A stretch of 62,985 nucleotides of DNA, counting the filler, from Klebsormidium nitens (Eukaryota > Plantae > Klebsormidiophyceae), in assembly GCA_000708835.1 (NCBI GenBank). It is 7 parts of 7 records of this genome, joined end to end, with 100 filler letters (N's around TTAATTAATTAA, not from the genome) between each part and the next. Parts side by side here need not be neighbours in the genome. Positions count along the whole stretch, not along the records: positions 1 to 20,124 come from DF237908.1; 6 more parts are not named here. One strand, 5' to 3'. The translations under genes and the position numbers were made by a program. The notes under the pieces are model-generated. The model saw only the letters and a program-made list of their open reading frames with translations, was not told the DNA's origin and ran no database searches. This document shows positions 1 through 13,200 of the stretch, one piece after another (within the stretch, counting starts at the first letter, position 1; every line of letters begins with the position of its first letter).

Positions 1-1
1 T

Positions 2-256
2 TGGGTCTGTAAGGTCGTTCATGGGGGTCGCACATTTTTGCGACGCCTAATTGATGCTCAATGGAGCATACAGCGCCCACATCATCATACACGTGTGTCC
101 GCTAGCATACGATTAGACCTGGAATGGTGGGCGCAGTTTTTGCCGCAATTTAACGGTCAAACGGAATTGATTCCCAGCAAACCGCTTTCCTTTGATGATT
201 TCTCAACAGACGCTTCGTCAAGTTATGGGTACGGGGCATTTCTCCAAGCCTATTAG
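2..256 (+). mobile_element. DIRS/Ngaro-type (tyrosine recombinase) retrotransposon RT thumb-RNase H fragment, truncated
   Basis: Frame 2 reads WVCKVVHGGRTFLRRL...IRLDLEWWAQFLPQFNG...FSTDASSSYGYGAFL*. The GRxFLRRL / DLxWW..FL..FNG / TDAS..G.G motif series is typical of DIRS-class RT-RNH. Stop at 254-256. Confidence 0.7.
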
Positions 257-995
257 GCGTTGGTGAGAGTGGTAGAATCTGACGGCCCAGGGGAAGCCTC
301 CGGAATTTTCTCCACCGTCCGATGGCTCCCCCTGACAACATTGATTTTGACTCTGAAAACACTCGCGGGCCGGATTTTGGACCAGGTTAGACCTCGGTTA
401 CACAGCAACCCGTAACGATTTCACTCGCGCCGCACTCGGCGGAATCTCAAACCCGATTCTACCTACCGGGCACAGACCCCCCAGACTTTAAACGTTTAAG
501 GCTGATTTTGGCGGTTTTTCGACTTTCAACTTCGGTTCCGAATTTGCGCTTTCCGAATGCCAAATCCGATATTCTGACTTTCCGAATGCAGATATTAAAG
601 TTATTCATGTATTCGGAATCATTGCCGGAGAGTACGGATTGGCAAGATCACTGCGCAGAAACCCTTCTTTCAGTCGATCACGCTGGTCACTTAAATGTGT
701 GATGTCACTGCTCAACATTCGGTGGACATCTGTGTCCGAATGTGCACATCAATTTCAGCAGCGCAGGTTGCACAAATCCGTTCCCTAGCTCCGATTCAGC
801 TGCGTTGAAGCGCAGTGGTTCTTGTTTGCGAGTAGCTATGGGCTAACCATGAGCACCCTTGTCAGCCTACTGATATGAATCTGAAGCAGAACATGGATAC
901 CTACTAAATATCATGTAGCTTTCCAAGCTCTGACAAATTAATCAATCCAAGTGTCTTTCTGGGCTGTCTTTGGACTGGTTGACAGTGCAGACAAG

Positions 996-1225
996 ATGGC
1001 GACGCAGATTGTCGTTTTGAAAAGAAAAAAGAAGCAGAAGCGGAGGGAAGAGGAGGCCAGGCTTGCCACCAAGCAGGGCGAAGCTGCCCCCGAGCTCCCC
1101 TCATTCAGCAACGGCAGGAGGCCTCCAGCGGCACGCCCACCAGCAGGCCTAGTGTCAGACACCTCGGATGCAGAGTTCCCCTATGGACAGCTGGGCTTGG
1201 AGGATGGCCTTGACGCTGTGGAAGA
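996..1225 (+). CDS. PKD2: PKD2-like exon 1 (cytoplasmic N-terminus)
   Basis: MATQIVVLKRKKKQ...DAVE; donor GA|GTGAGC, phase 2, matches exon 2. An AG at 989-990 means an upstream exon is possible. Confidence 0.65.
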
Positions 1226-4200
1226 GTGAGCCATGTCAAGCGTCACAATCTTAGTATGTTGCCTTTGCAGCTTACTTTTTGGATGCTTGGAGCAGGGAGC
1301 CTGCTTACATACCGGGCGGCATTTGGGCGCTCCTGTCTTCAGGACCATTGGGGACAGGAGTTTTGCGGCCCAGGTTGGGGTGCTGGGCTTAGTGGAAGAA
1401 GAGAGAGAGCAGGTTTTCAGCCCGATGGTGAGGGTTGTAACAGGGGCATGAGAAACCTGGATCCAGCACAAGAGACTGTCGTTGCCGGAGGTGCTGGTAT
1501 CAACATGAAGTTACGCCCTTAAACTTCCTGCGTTTTTGTCTTCTGCGTCTTTTTCTGAAGTATGAACGTGGTGTTAACCCTGGATTTCTAGACCGTCGGT
1601 CAAAGGGTGGTAAGGGTTCATCATGAGGAAGGGAGCCTTGACCTGGCAGCTTTTGAGGTTGAGAGGAATGTGACACAATGTCTGAGTGATCAATCTTGTA
1701 AGTAGCAGACGCTTGTGGCGGTTTTTTGTGTGGTTGTGGCTTCCTCTGTGGGGCCTCTTTAGCGAGGCTACACAAGAGAGGGGAATGCGGTTATTGTCCA
1801 TGACTGCCATTGCATCGGCCTCCTAGCTGGTGCACCAAAAGACTTAGCTCGTCTGCTCTTAGCTTTGGCCTTGCCTCTCCAGGGGCAAAGAATTGATTGC
1901 TTGGTTAACACAGAGCTTTTGTGTAAAACCTTCTGGGTGACCCATTAATGCAAGTATCTGCTGAGCCTTGGAGATATACTCACACAATGTGCACAATTCT
2001 GTTCTGAGCCTTCTGTCATCTGAGCGCTTCGATTCCACTGCGCACCGGAGCAACAAGTCGGTGTGTGGCCAGTGGTGATAAGCACCCTTGGGATCCCGCG
2101 CACCCAGGTAGATGTGCCAACGCTGAAAGCAGAAGAATAAAGGTCATTTGGCTTACACGAACGCAGTGAGGAGGGAACGAGAAACAAATCTCCAATATCA
2201 AACCCCCATTTGAGGGTTGGCAGTGCCATGAAAGGCGTGAGTCTTTGATGGCCAAGTGTTTACAGTTTCAAGCCCAGTCCAGAAGGCCACTCCCTTTCAA
2301 CCCCACTTACAAGCTTCTCTTTACAAGCTTTTTTCTGAAGCAAGAAACTTGGAAAGAATGATCTGCAAACGCTGCATTAATGTGCACTGGCAGAGCTTCT
2401 GTCTTGTGTAACTGACCTCAATTGAGCTCCCCTCCTTTATGCTCGCAGACAGGATCGATCAGTTGTCTCAAGCGTCTATGACATCATCAAGGAGGCCAAA
2501 CAGCGGCAGACGCACTATTGCAACCTGCTGTCCTTCCTCGTCTTTACGGCCCTGTACATGACTGTCCTGTACATGCAACAGAACAGTGCGCTCGTGTACC
2601 AACTGACGAAGGCCAGCTCTGCAATTTTACCAGAGGTGCGAAACCCTGCTGGCTCATTCTCAAACGGCCTTCATGTTTTGTAACCCTGCAGTCTTGCTTC
2701 CTGTCACACTTTCTGCGTAGGGATTATTGAAGCGCGAGGTGTTGAGATATTACATAGTAAAAGGTCACCTTCTGCGCAATAGCGCTAGACCGTTGATCGG
2801 GCTGGTATCTAGATTGGTGTCGGGTGGGCTGGTTTTGCACTCATGATTGCTTGATGTGGACACGACTGCAGGAATGATGTTGGGTAGTCCCTTCAGTTTA
2901 TGCCAGCGCAGTCAGAGTGAGGGTTTTGAAACTCTCAGTTGCTCTACTTAATGCCTTGAATGGCAGATTCGACCTGATGGACTCTTGCGTCAGAAACAAG
3001 AGAGCTATGGAACAGGAAACGAGCGTCTCTGCTATTGGAGTCTTGGGCAACTATACAATGGGCATCCTCCTGTTCAGCAGCACAGATTTGAGACGCAGGC
3101 TATGTCTAGTGTCTGGGATGCATGAAAGGGGTGGATGAAGGGAAAGACTTGGATGAGCAGACCATGTTGCTGGCGGTATTTCTGAAGGGAATGGTTCTCG
3201 GTGTTCGTTTTGGAATCAGTTTGAAGGCAAAGTGACGAGGGTGGGATACCGAGTTTGTTCACGGACCAGACAGTAAAGTAGAGACTACTGGTCAGCACCT
3301 GATTAGTTGCAGCAAATAAAGACATCGGGTGAGATTGGCAACCAATGAGTCCTTGGCACCAGTGCAGCAAACACACAACTTGCAAGCCCCGCAGCCCAGA
3401 AGAAGTGTCAAGACCCCGATTTAGCTGAAACGTCTGATGTACCTGGTTCCTCTTCAGGGCAGCAGCTTCACGTATGCCAACGACTTCTACGCATACATCA
3501 ACGACACGTTTGTCACCACCATCTGGGCGGACCCAGTGTGCGGCGATGGAGTCTGCGACCGCCCAATTGAATTTAATGGATTTGGGCGTTTTGGGTGTAC
3601 CCCCGACTGCGGATCGATGGAAACTGTGCCGGTGACAGTCTCGTTTGAGACCGATTTCAAGACCGCGCGGGATCAGGCCGACGCGGACTGGAACATGTGC
3701 ATGACGTCTCCGGACCACCTGTGCTGGTAAGCTGCCTTTTGTATGGAAATATATGGGGACGGAACTGGTTAACATCGGATTGTTGTGGCAGTCGTTGACC
3801 ATGCATGTAAAAGCAGGAGGTTTGAAAAACAGAAGGGCGTTTGCAGCGGAGCTTCGGTGAGCGGTCGACCGTTTGCAGTGTTCAAGGCGGTCGAGGTGTC
3901 AAAGCAAGCAGAGAGAGGTCCGATCCTGTAGAGCCTGGTCAATGTATCAGGGTGAAGTTGCCTGCCCGATTTTGTGTTTCCGTAATCCATCCAAGGAGCT
4001 GGGAAGAGGTACACTAAAGCACACCAACAGCACATAATGAGGGCTTAGCGGCTTGCTTTGATGCGGTAAACCAAGCATTCGCAGCTCACCAGAACTTGCT
4101 CGCAATCTCTGGATTTGCAGACACCTTCGTACTAATTCCATGCCAAACAGCAGTCCTTTCTAGTTGAGCCGACTCCCCAATAACATCAGGGAATGCGGCA

Positions 4201-7200
4201 TGGATCCTCTCCCGCAGGTTTGACACCAACCAGAAGTTTGCCGACCGGTCAGGGGCGTACGAGACGACCTTGAACCTCCCCAATGGCACTTGGGAGGTCC
4301 GCCTGACGGCCCCGGGTAACGGTGTGTCAGGAAAGGCGACCACACAAATTGTTGACCCGCTTGGCGCAGCTCAAGATATCAAGTTGTCGAGCTGGGGCAC
4401 CTGTAAGCCGGACGCGGAGTCGGACCTGGTCCGCTGCCGCTCGGTAAGTCGAAATTGTACAAAACGGGTCCACATTTTGGTGTCCTCCTAGGCTTTCCAA
4501 GTCTTGCTGACGCATTTCATTGTTGGTTGCAAGCTGGTTTCTGCACTTGGGCGCTCTGATCGAATCTGAAACATCAAGTGAAGGTCAATTTACTACAGAA
4601 GAGTTCATAATGGATCAAACCTTTTTTGGGAATCGAAGCGGGCGGAGCATGATGGCGCGCTGCGGTCGTTCATATTGGGGCTCCAATGCGCAAAGTGGGC
4701 GTCTCCGACTGTCGGAACTCTTCGTCCTTGTGCCTGCCTCCAGCCTTTTGAGCGCACAGCAGCTAAGCATGCCCTCAAGCTTTGAAGGTGCTAATCCAAC
4801 GAAAGAGCAGGCTGAACGACGTCCCCCTTCGAGTTCCGCCTTCTTCAGATCGTCTCCTACTTCCAACTGCAGATCTGCGCAAAGAGCGTCGGTTGTGCTG
4901 TGGACGCCTGTTCGAATGTCGAGGACCGCTCCTTGGCGGGCCTCTTCGTTGACTGCACTGGGCTCTGCAACGCAAACGTCACGGCCTTGGACCCTTACCA
5001 GAACCTAAATTGTCTCCAAGTGAGAAGCGCAACTTTTTACCCCTCCCTTAAACCCTTCGCAATATTGGTTACGCCCCGACTTGTCAAGGGTGCCTCCTTT
5101 ACGTCGCCGCATCTCTCGGACGAAGCACCGAGTCTTTTAAGACTGTTGCCAGTCTAAGTGTTTGGTCGCTCGACATCCAGACTTGTCTTGGAATTTGGAA
5201 GCGCCGTCGTTTTGTTGATCAAGGCGCCATGCAGCTTCTCCAAAAATTGCAGACGCATTTTGATACCTTCCTTTCCCAAGTCTTCCGCGGCACAATATCT
5301 CCTTCATTTTGATGCATGCCAAAGTCGCAAATGTTGCCTAGCTTCGCATTTAGTGTTTGTTCAGACAAGGTTGTCGACAATTGTTTGTCTCCTAGCCAGC
5401 TCTCACTACTGTATTCCCATTTGTTCCCACGAGTGAATGCTGATGGAGAGCTCGTGCTCGTCTGTATCCAGATCGTGTCCCTTGCCAACAGCAGCAATCA
5501 CGACTCTTTTCTCAGGACCAGCGGCAATACTTGCACTCGTAAGTTTCGGCCACAGTATCCTTACAAGCAATGCACTTTATTCTAAATGCAATTAACTCCA
5601 ATCTTGAGCGGACGCACCCATGAGAAAGCTTAGAGAGTACGACGTGTTATGCTCCTTGGCTTGACCCTAGTTACCAGACAGATCAAGATTCGAGAATTTC
5701 TTACTGTAGTCAGGTCGAACTTCGAGCGTCCCTCTCTTAGGAACGGTGCTTTGTTCTATGCGCATGCCTGTTTTGCTGCTTGAGGCTCTAATACCTGAGT
5801 CGCATCTCCGTCTCGAAGTAAATCTGCATCAGAGGCCGATCTTTCTCTTGCATCTTTTGGCCTCTGCAGTCGCTGGGTTGCGCGTCTCGGAAGCATACCG
5901 ACTAGGTTTGAAAAAGGCCTTTGCAATGGGAGGCTCAGCCTCGAAGTTCCGAAGCGCCTGGCTTGGTAAGCTGATGTTCCACACAATAAGAAGCTTGCTG
6001 TAAAGGTCGAACAATGATCCGGATCATGGCAAATATCACTGAAACACCTCCGGTTCTCCTGGCAGTCGACCCCATCTACGTCGCCGCAAATCTTGACCAG
6101 GCGGCCGTGCTTCCTGCGCACTCACAAGCGCCCGTCAAGGGCACCGACCTCACAGGAGGCCGTCGCCGCCTCACGACTTCCGGCCGGCGCCTATCCCAGG
6201 CCGGAAACGGAACCGAGCTCTATTGGCAGCAGTTTGGCGACGGGGACATCCAACGCTTCCGCAATTTGGCCACGGCCCTGTCGAGAGCCCTCAATACTTG
6301 GATTATTGACTCGTGCCTGGCTAAGTATTATATGCCCCCCGCCACAACCGGGCCTAAGATGCTCGGCTTCTTCTGCGCCTACTTTGGGGGCCCTGCTACG
6401 CTGCCGGGGTGCTCCTACACGGACCTGGTGACCAACACGACGCTGACGTCTGCTGACGTGGATGCTCTGCATGTGAGGATTGTGTGGTTAGATGCTGACA
6501 AAAGTTTCTTGATGTTGCCATGATGCGGGCTTGGCACCCAAATCCCAGGGTTTTTGGAAAGCATGGCTTTGCACTGCAAGATTTCCCTCAGGTCCTCATA
6601 AATCTGTCAAACCGTTCGTCTGCTTGTGCTTCACGTCTTTCAAAAGAATTGCCTTCATTGCTTGTTCTTGACTCCCGTGAGAGCCTTGTCAAAAGGTCTC
6701 AGGATCGTCCATGCTGTTTACAATTTCAGTCGTCTGATTGAGAGTCGAAGCCGGAGTCACGACTGGGACCAGCAGACTCTGTCTCACCTTTAGACACTCT
6801 CATGTCCAGGACAAGCCTTGGTTTCGGCTTGAATGCTGGGGAGCTAAATCAAGTTGAGAAATAATTGATTTTCGATTGACACCCTCTCAATTTGTGCCTT
6901 CTTCCTGAAAGTCTCCCAAAGCCTTTTTTCTTTCGCAAAAATTTTCGAACGTGTGCAGGCTGTTCTGGAAAGAAGATATGGCGTGGGCAGTCCCTACAAC
7001 ATCTCTCAGCCAGAGCAGATCCGCTTCCTTGCGATCCTGGTAAACGCTCTCTACGAAACCATTGGGTTCACGTTGAGCGACGCGGACCTCGTCAACGTTG
7101 GGAATCACCTGCACGAGACGGACGCTCAGATTATTCAGCTGGAAGTCAACAACTGCAATCGTGGTGAGCGCGCGTTTTGGCTCAGTCTAGGTTGCATCCT

Positions 7201-10200
7201 CTGTCTCCTGAACGAGGACCAGATGTGTTGCATACCTGAATTGGAGGTAGGTGCTGCTGGATTGTTGTAACACCGAAAATGTCTGACCCGCGTTTCAATC
7301 TTGCGTAAGGTTCATTTTACAGCCTCGTCTTAGCTGAAGACTCAGTTTCCCATGTTTAGATCGATCCTTTGTGTGCAGCAATACGCTCTCTACTTAAGGC
7401 TGAAAGGACGGCTGCTAAGACGGCTGCCGCATGGGCAAGTCATTGGGGACTCCAGCTTTGCACACTTTCTTGTTATCTTTCGAAGCACAGAAGGCCACTA
7501 GACTGAGGGCAGCAAATGTGTTTGTTCGTTGCAGTCAACGTTGTGCTGCCATGGAAGCTGGACGTGCACTATGTCACAAACATCACCGCGGGTGATTCCA
7601 TCCAGTTTGTCTGGGCCGACGCTTTGCCACACGCTGTCCAAGGCAAGCTGTATGCCTTTCCCATGTATTCGTCTCCAAATGCACTGCAGGTCAGAACGAA
7701 GATACTTATCCAGTTGCTGCAAGGTTGGTATGCTCTCAGGTTGCAGTCAAAAAGCAGCGTACAGACCTTCTTTATGGCCCTGCATGCTTGATAGCAGTCC
7801 CCAGGGTTTGCTCCCGCAGTGACTTCCACCCTGATTGCCAGAGTGCTTCGTTGAGATAAGATCCAGCTAAAGGAAGGTGTGATAAAGCTGATGTATCCCC
7901 ACTCAGAACCTCTTCCGATCTCGAGGGACGTATCAAGGGCTGTATCCAAAGCTTAATCCTTGCACTCTGCGAATATCTCTAGTCTTGCTGAAGCCTCGCT
8001 TTCTGCAGGCCTGAACATGCAAGACTCTGCAGACATCTTCAACGGATTCGGAACTGGCCGTCGTATCATCTCGACTGACAGCATATGCAGCCCCGAAACT
8101 GTTGGAGCTGGAGAGAACGGCAGCTTCTTGTCGGACCCTGTGCCATGCATTGTTCGGTCTAACAACGTTCTCAAAGCAGGCGAGGGGATATCTGGAAGGG
8201 ACCTAGCTCAGACGGCATTTGTGTACAGCTTGTTCAACTTACGCTTGATAGTCTACATGGTCAGAGCAGCTCGAACTCGAGCAGTCAGATGTCAACTTGA
8301 GAGCTACTGACAGCCTGAATGATACCACTCTCATGGGTTTCCTCTCCTCGATGAGGCAGACGGGGGGTGATTTATTGCTTTTGTGATGCTTTATGGGACT
8401 CGATAAAAGGACCTGTAACTGCGCTTCGACCTGCGATCAGATTGACGTCCACTATCACTCCTCAGACCCTCTCATGGTGACATCCAAGTGGCTTCAAATA
8501 TACCACATACAATTCACCATTGGATTTGATTGTCGGACTCTGGTTGAAAGGTGCTGACCCCTCTTCAAGTTGCTTCCGCTCTCTCTTCAACAGGACACGA
8601 GCCTGAGGTTGTGTCATGCATATTCACCTCCAAGGGAAGATCTGTCTTTCCATTTGAGCATCGAACTCCCGTAATCTTTGTCTCTTGCAGCTCAAACGGC
8701 GACATCAGCCTTTTCTGTCGCGCAAGTATTCACGGAGCCTGGTGTATACCAGTACCAGGACGCCCGCTACGGATCTTCGATGTCTGGAACGGTGTACGTG
8801 ACGCCAGCGGACGGCGGTCTTCCTCGTAAGTAGCTCGGATTTGCAGGGACGCAACCTTCAGTCGGATCGCATGTCCGTGCCAGTAATCGGTTCCACATTT
8901 GCAATATCCAAATGGTAGTGGCGCTAATCTTTCGTAGCTCGCTTTGACTACAGCCCGCTCGAATCTTGACAGCTTATGAGAAGTATAACAGGTCTTGCCA
9001 TGCAAAATAAGGGCGACGACGTCAGTGTTTGTTTAGCAGCTCCTGTGACTGGGTTCAAGCCCGGTCTGCGTTGCTTTCAGGCACTTCCACTCGCATGGCT
9101 GCAAGCTTCTTCTGCTCCGATCGCTCCCCAAGTATCTGCGCCTGTAAATCAGAAAGCGACAGGAATTGAGCAAGAAACCTTTAGTCCTAAAGATTATCTG
9201 ACGGTTCGAACAACAACGCAGGCACGGTGACACCTGAGGACCAGCGCGAGTGCGCGCCCGGGTGTGCTGTCCGCTTGCTGAACAACGGTCGCTGTGGCGC
9301 CAGCCGCGGCTGCAATTCTGTGGTTTGCGCTTTCGACGGCGGGGACTGCTCCTGCCCGGATCCTGCGACCGTGCTGGCGACCACCTCCACTGGAAGCGGA
9401 ACCAACAATCTGTGCAAGTGTCCCCCCGGACAGATCAGGAGCGACGCCGGCGGTGCGTCTGCCTTCTCCGCCTCCTCAATGTGATTTTATGACAAGAATC
9501 AAGTGCGGGATCGAAAAGGATCGGATACGGCTAAATGTCCGACAAAACGCTCACGCTGCAAAAGTCGTTCCCTCTCAAGATGTTGCCTTTCGAGGAAGCA
9601 ATCCTACCTAACTTCCAGTCCATCTACTCTCTGACCGTAGAGTTTACGTATACAACGGCAAGTCAAGATATCATACACGCCTCCATTACCGTGATGCTTC
9701 GAGAGCTCAGTCTGTGCAACTTGAGGCATTCCCAAGGTTCCAGACAGTCTTCTACGGATTTGCGCAAAGACTTTTGCTTCTTCGGTTTAACCTTTCTCAC
9801 TCAGTTCGCGCAGTTTAAGCGCCCTTTTCATACCCTGCAGAGTGCTGCCAAGCGGAAGCGATCGGCCAGGATTTCCATGCGACCTTTGAAGTTGCTATTC
9901 TGAACGACCGGGAGTCTCCCTTCGACCCCAGCAACTCCACAAGGACCCGCTACGCGACCAATCACAACAGGTGCACAATGATCCCGGCTTCCTCCCTGTA
10001 CTCAGGTGCCCTGTTTCTTTTCCGCTCAACGAACTCAAAAGGCTCCTGGCCTTTTTTGGGCTGAACGAAAGCTTCTACAATCTTGCAGTTCGTCCCCATG
10101 AATGTAACTTGGGAAGGTCGCTTCTCCTCAGTGACACCTTTGTCTCATTTGAAAGTGGAAGCCTCAGGCAATATCTTTCTTCTACCTTGTTTGATTCGAA

Positions 10201-13200
10201 TGCAAAGTGCTCTCAATAATGTCTGCAGGATAATTGGCGGCCTATACATGAGGCAGAAACGATTCGGAGGAGAGCTGTGCAATGACAAACGGTAAACTCT
10301 TCACTAGATCCTGATTCGACTTTTGCCCTTCTTTCGCTATCGCGATAAGTTCAAGGAGACTTCTAAGCAATTCTTCGTTCCCAGCGCCTGATTGTTCGCA
10401 TTAGATCTACTCGGTATCAAGATCAATTAGATGTACACAGACCAATTTTGGCCCCTGATTCGCGCTCCTCGGTAAAAAGGTATCTCCGCTTGTCCAACCT
10501 CAACCGACAAGATGTCTCGAAAAGCCTGCCGAGCCATGACCGCTTCATGCTCATTCGAGTTGCTCTGACTTTCCAAAACCTTTCTATCCTCAAGAAATCT
10601 CGCATCAATTGAATTCCACCACATTCCTTGATCCTGTTTCGTTGCGCCGTCCCTAGTTGTCGACTCCTGAATACAGCTACCGTGAATGTCGTCCTTCTTT
10701 TGACCCCTGCTTGAACGCCGTCTTCCCTCCGCATAACCTCCCACCTCTGAAGTCAAATACTGCCGGACACGCTCCTCTTCCGCAACCACGTTCGGCCTCT
10801 TCGATTTGCCTGAACAACACCCTCCTTCCCGGCCACACACTTTTCTCGCCCCTCCCTAGAATATCTCCCGTTTCATTTGATGTTCCAAGCCCCGTCGGGT
10901 CCAAATGAAGACTCCCTCACCATATTCTACTCTCGTTGGACCCTACCTGACCCGCCCCCCATGTACCACTTTTCGACGCAGATTCCTGAGCCTCTTCCAA
11001 TACTGCACCAAAGGCGAGAGCATTGCGCCCTTCGGCGTGGACCCAGTCTTCGTGCCGCTGTCATCCCTCTTCAACCCAAGTCAGGTCGCCAAAATTGGTG
11101 ACTACTACACCCCGGAAGAGGTCACCGCCCTCGGGGTTCCCATGGGCTTTTACAGCGAGGACTCTGGGTCAGGCGACCCGGGCTTCCCTGTGGTCTTCGA
11201 CATCAACCTAGACCAAGCCGGGGCGCAGGCCCGGTTGCAAATGCTGGTAGACGGGCTGTTCCTGGATAACGCCACCGATACCCTTCTGTTGCACTTGGTC
11301 ACCTACAATGGTGAGCTGGCACACTAGCAGGAGACGCACTCGCTGTAGTAGTTCTGAAAGTCTGCCGACTCGGACCCGTCTAAGGCTCTGTCGCTCATCT
11401 CGGTGTTCGACTGTTTACTCGAGCGCTCTGCTTTTTGCATGCCTTCCAAACTTGTACCTTTGTGGTCCTCTTTGTGGTACGGGCTGCCAACTTCTCAATC
11501 TCCTCTTGCACAAGGCTGCCGGTGTTTCTGTGAAGGAGGTATTCCCCTATACGGTACAATCTGCCATGCAAACCAACATTCATTGCTCCGACCCTCTTAT
11601 CCAATGGGTCATGATGCTCTGTCAAGCGCTAGCAGCATCGGATCCTTCTCAGCTTTCTTCCAAGAGAGGCTCGAGCAGAGCAAGGTCCAAAAAGAGATCA
11701 CTCTCTGATTGACATACTTTTCAGAGTTCTGCGAAACTCATCTGTCTTCCACTCCCCCAAGAGAGCCATTGCATGTGGTCTCCCCCCTGATTCACCTGCA
11801 CCCCAACAGGCACCAGCCGCTGAATCCTAGAATCTCTCCTTCTGTACTGGTGTCCCGCCTCTTGCGACAACAAGACCTTAGACCCCTCCTCACTCCGTCC
11901 CGTCTTCCAGGCGACAGCCACTTCTTCGTAAGCACGGAGGTCCGGCTGACCTTCCAGCGCGCGGGCAAGATTGCGGTCAACACCAACATCAACGGAGTAA
12001 ACGTGCAGGTCAGGCCCCATTCTCAGGTCCGCTTAATGAGCCCGGTTAATGAGCCCCGTACAAATTGGGAACCGGGAGGACGGACTGACCCGAAAGCCAA
12101 GAAACAAGGCCACCCGCTCCTTACCCTCACCCGGTAACCGATACCTCCAGATTAACCCGAAGCGGTCCCCGGGCACTGACCCATCTCAACCTGGGTGTAT
12201 CTCAACCCAATATCGGTACTACTGACGTGCAGCCCTACCGGCGGCCGGTTGACTACTTCCTGGCGTGCCTGGAGATTATCGTGGCGTGCTCCATCTTTTT
12301 TGGGGCCTACAAGGAGATTCTGGAAGCGATAACGATTCGGCGCAAGAAGGGCACCTTCTGGCCCTACTTTGCGAAGGCGTGGAACTACATCGACCTGGCA
12401 TCGCTCACGCTGCTCGTGACGGCCGTCGTTATGAGGTGAGCCTTGTCTTTCCGCGCTTGGGTGCCAGTGCATTACCACGCTTCGGGAGATTTGTTGCCGC
12501 GCGTATGTCGAGCTTGGCAGAACTCTGTGCTAGTTGCGCGTCCCCTGTGTATCTTTTGTGTGTCTCTGAATTGAGAGATTGGCTGACTCTGACGTATCCC
12601 GATGATGCACTTTGGGATGCTTTCTTCAAACCAGCAACGTTCTGTTTGATGCGCTGACTCTAGCGTATCTCGATGATGCACTTTGGGATTTTCCTTGAAA
12701 CCAGCGACGTTCAGAGTGATGCAAAAGCAAATCAGGAATCCCCGTAGCGTCTCTTGGGAGCAGCCGGTCCAAATCGTGCCACGGAGTGCTGTTGCAACGA
12801 ATTGAGACGTTCAGGATTTTGGACGCGGATAGCCTGCTCGATTTCCCGTCTGTCACCTTCATCACGCCGGCATGCGTGGTGCTTCTCCGTTCTTTGCCAT
12901 CGCATATATCGTTTTTCTCGTTTGTGCGATGTTCCTGTTAATCACGCGCAGTTCTGCTCAGCGAACAACTTTCTGAGTTCCGGCACATCGTTCTGCGATC
13001 TTCGCAGTAGGCTGTGATCAGAACAGCCCTTTGCCGACTTTTATCGCCAACGAATTTCCTCCTCTTTTCTTTCTCGACGAACCTTCCGCATCCCTTCTGT
13101 CCTCACAAAGTCACGTTCGTCGAAGATTTGGCGCCAACATCCCGTGGGCACGCGCGCTCACGAAGTCTATGAGCGCCTGAGGCGCACCTCTAGCATTATT

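Noticed and set aside
1500-2300. Penelope-like retroelement relic antisense in PKD2 intron 1 (KPNDLY..VRGIP..CCS; LMGHPEGF; PYHP)
   Set aside because: Only loose motif echoes in different frames; no RT YxDD or GIY-YIG motif found. Needs a profile search.
3074-3802. 242-aa minus-strand ORF
   Set aside because: Antisense shadow of PKD2 exon 3 and its flanking intron; no recognisable domain.
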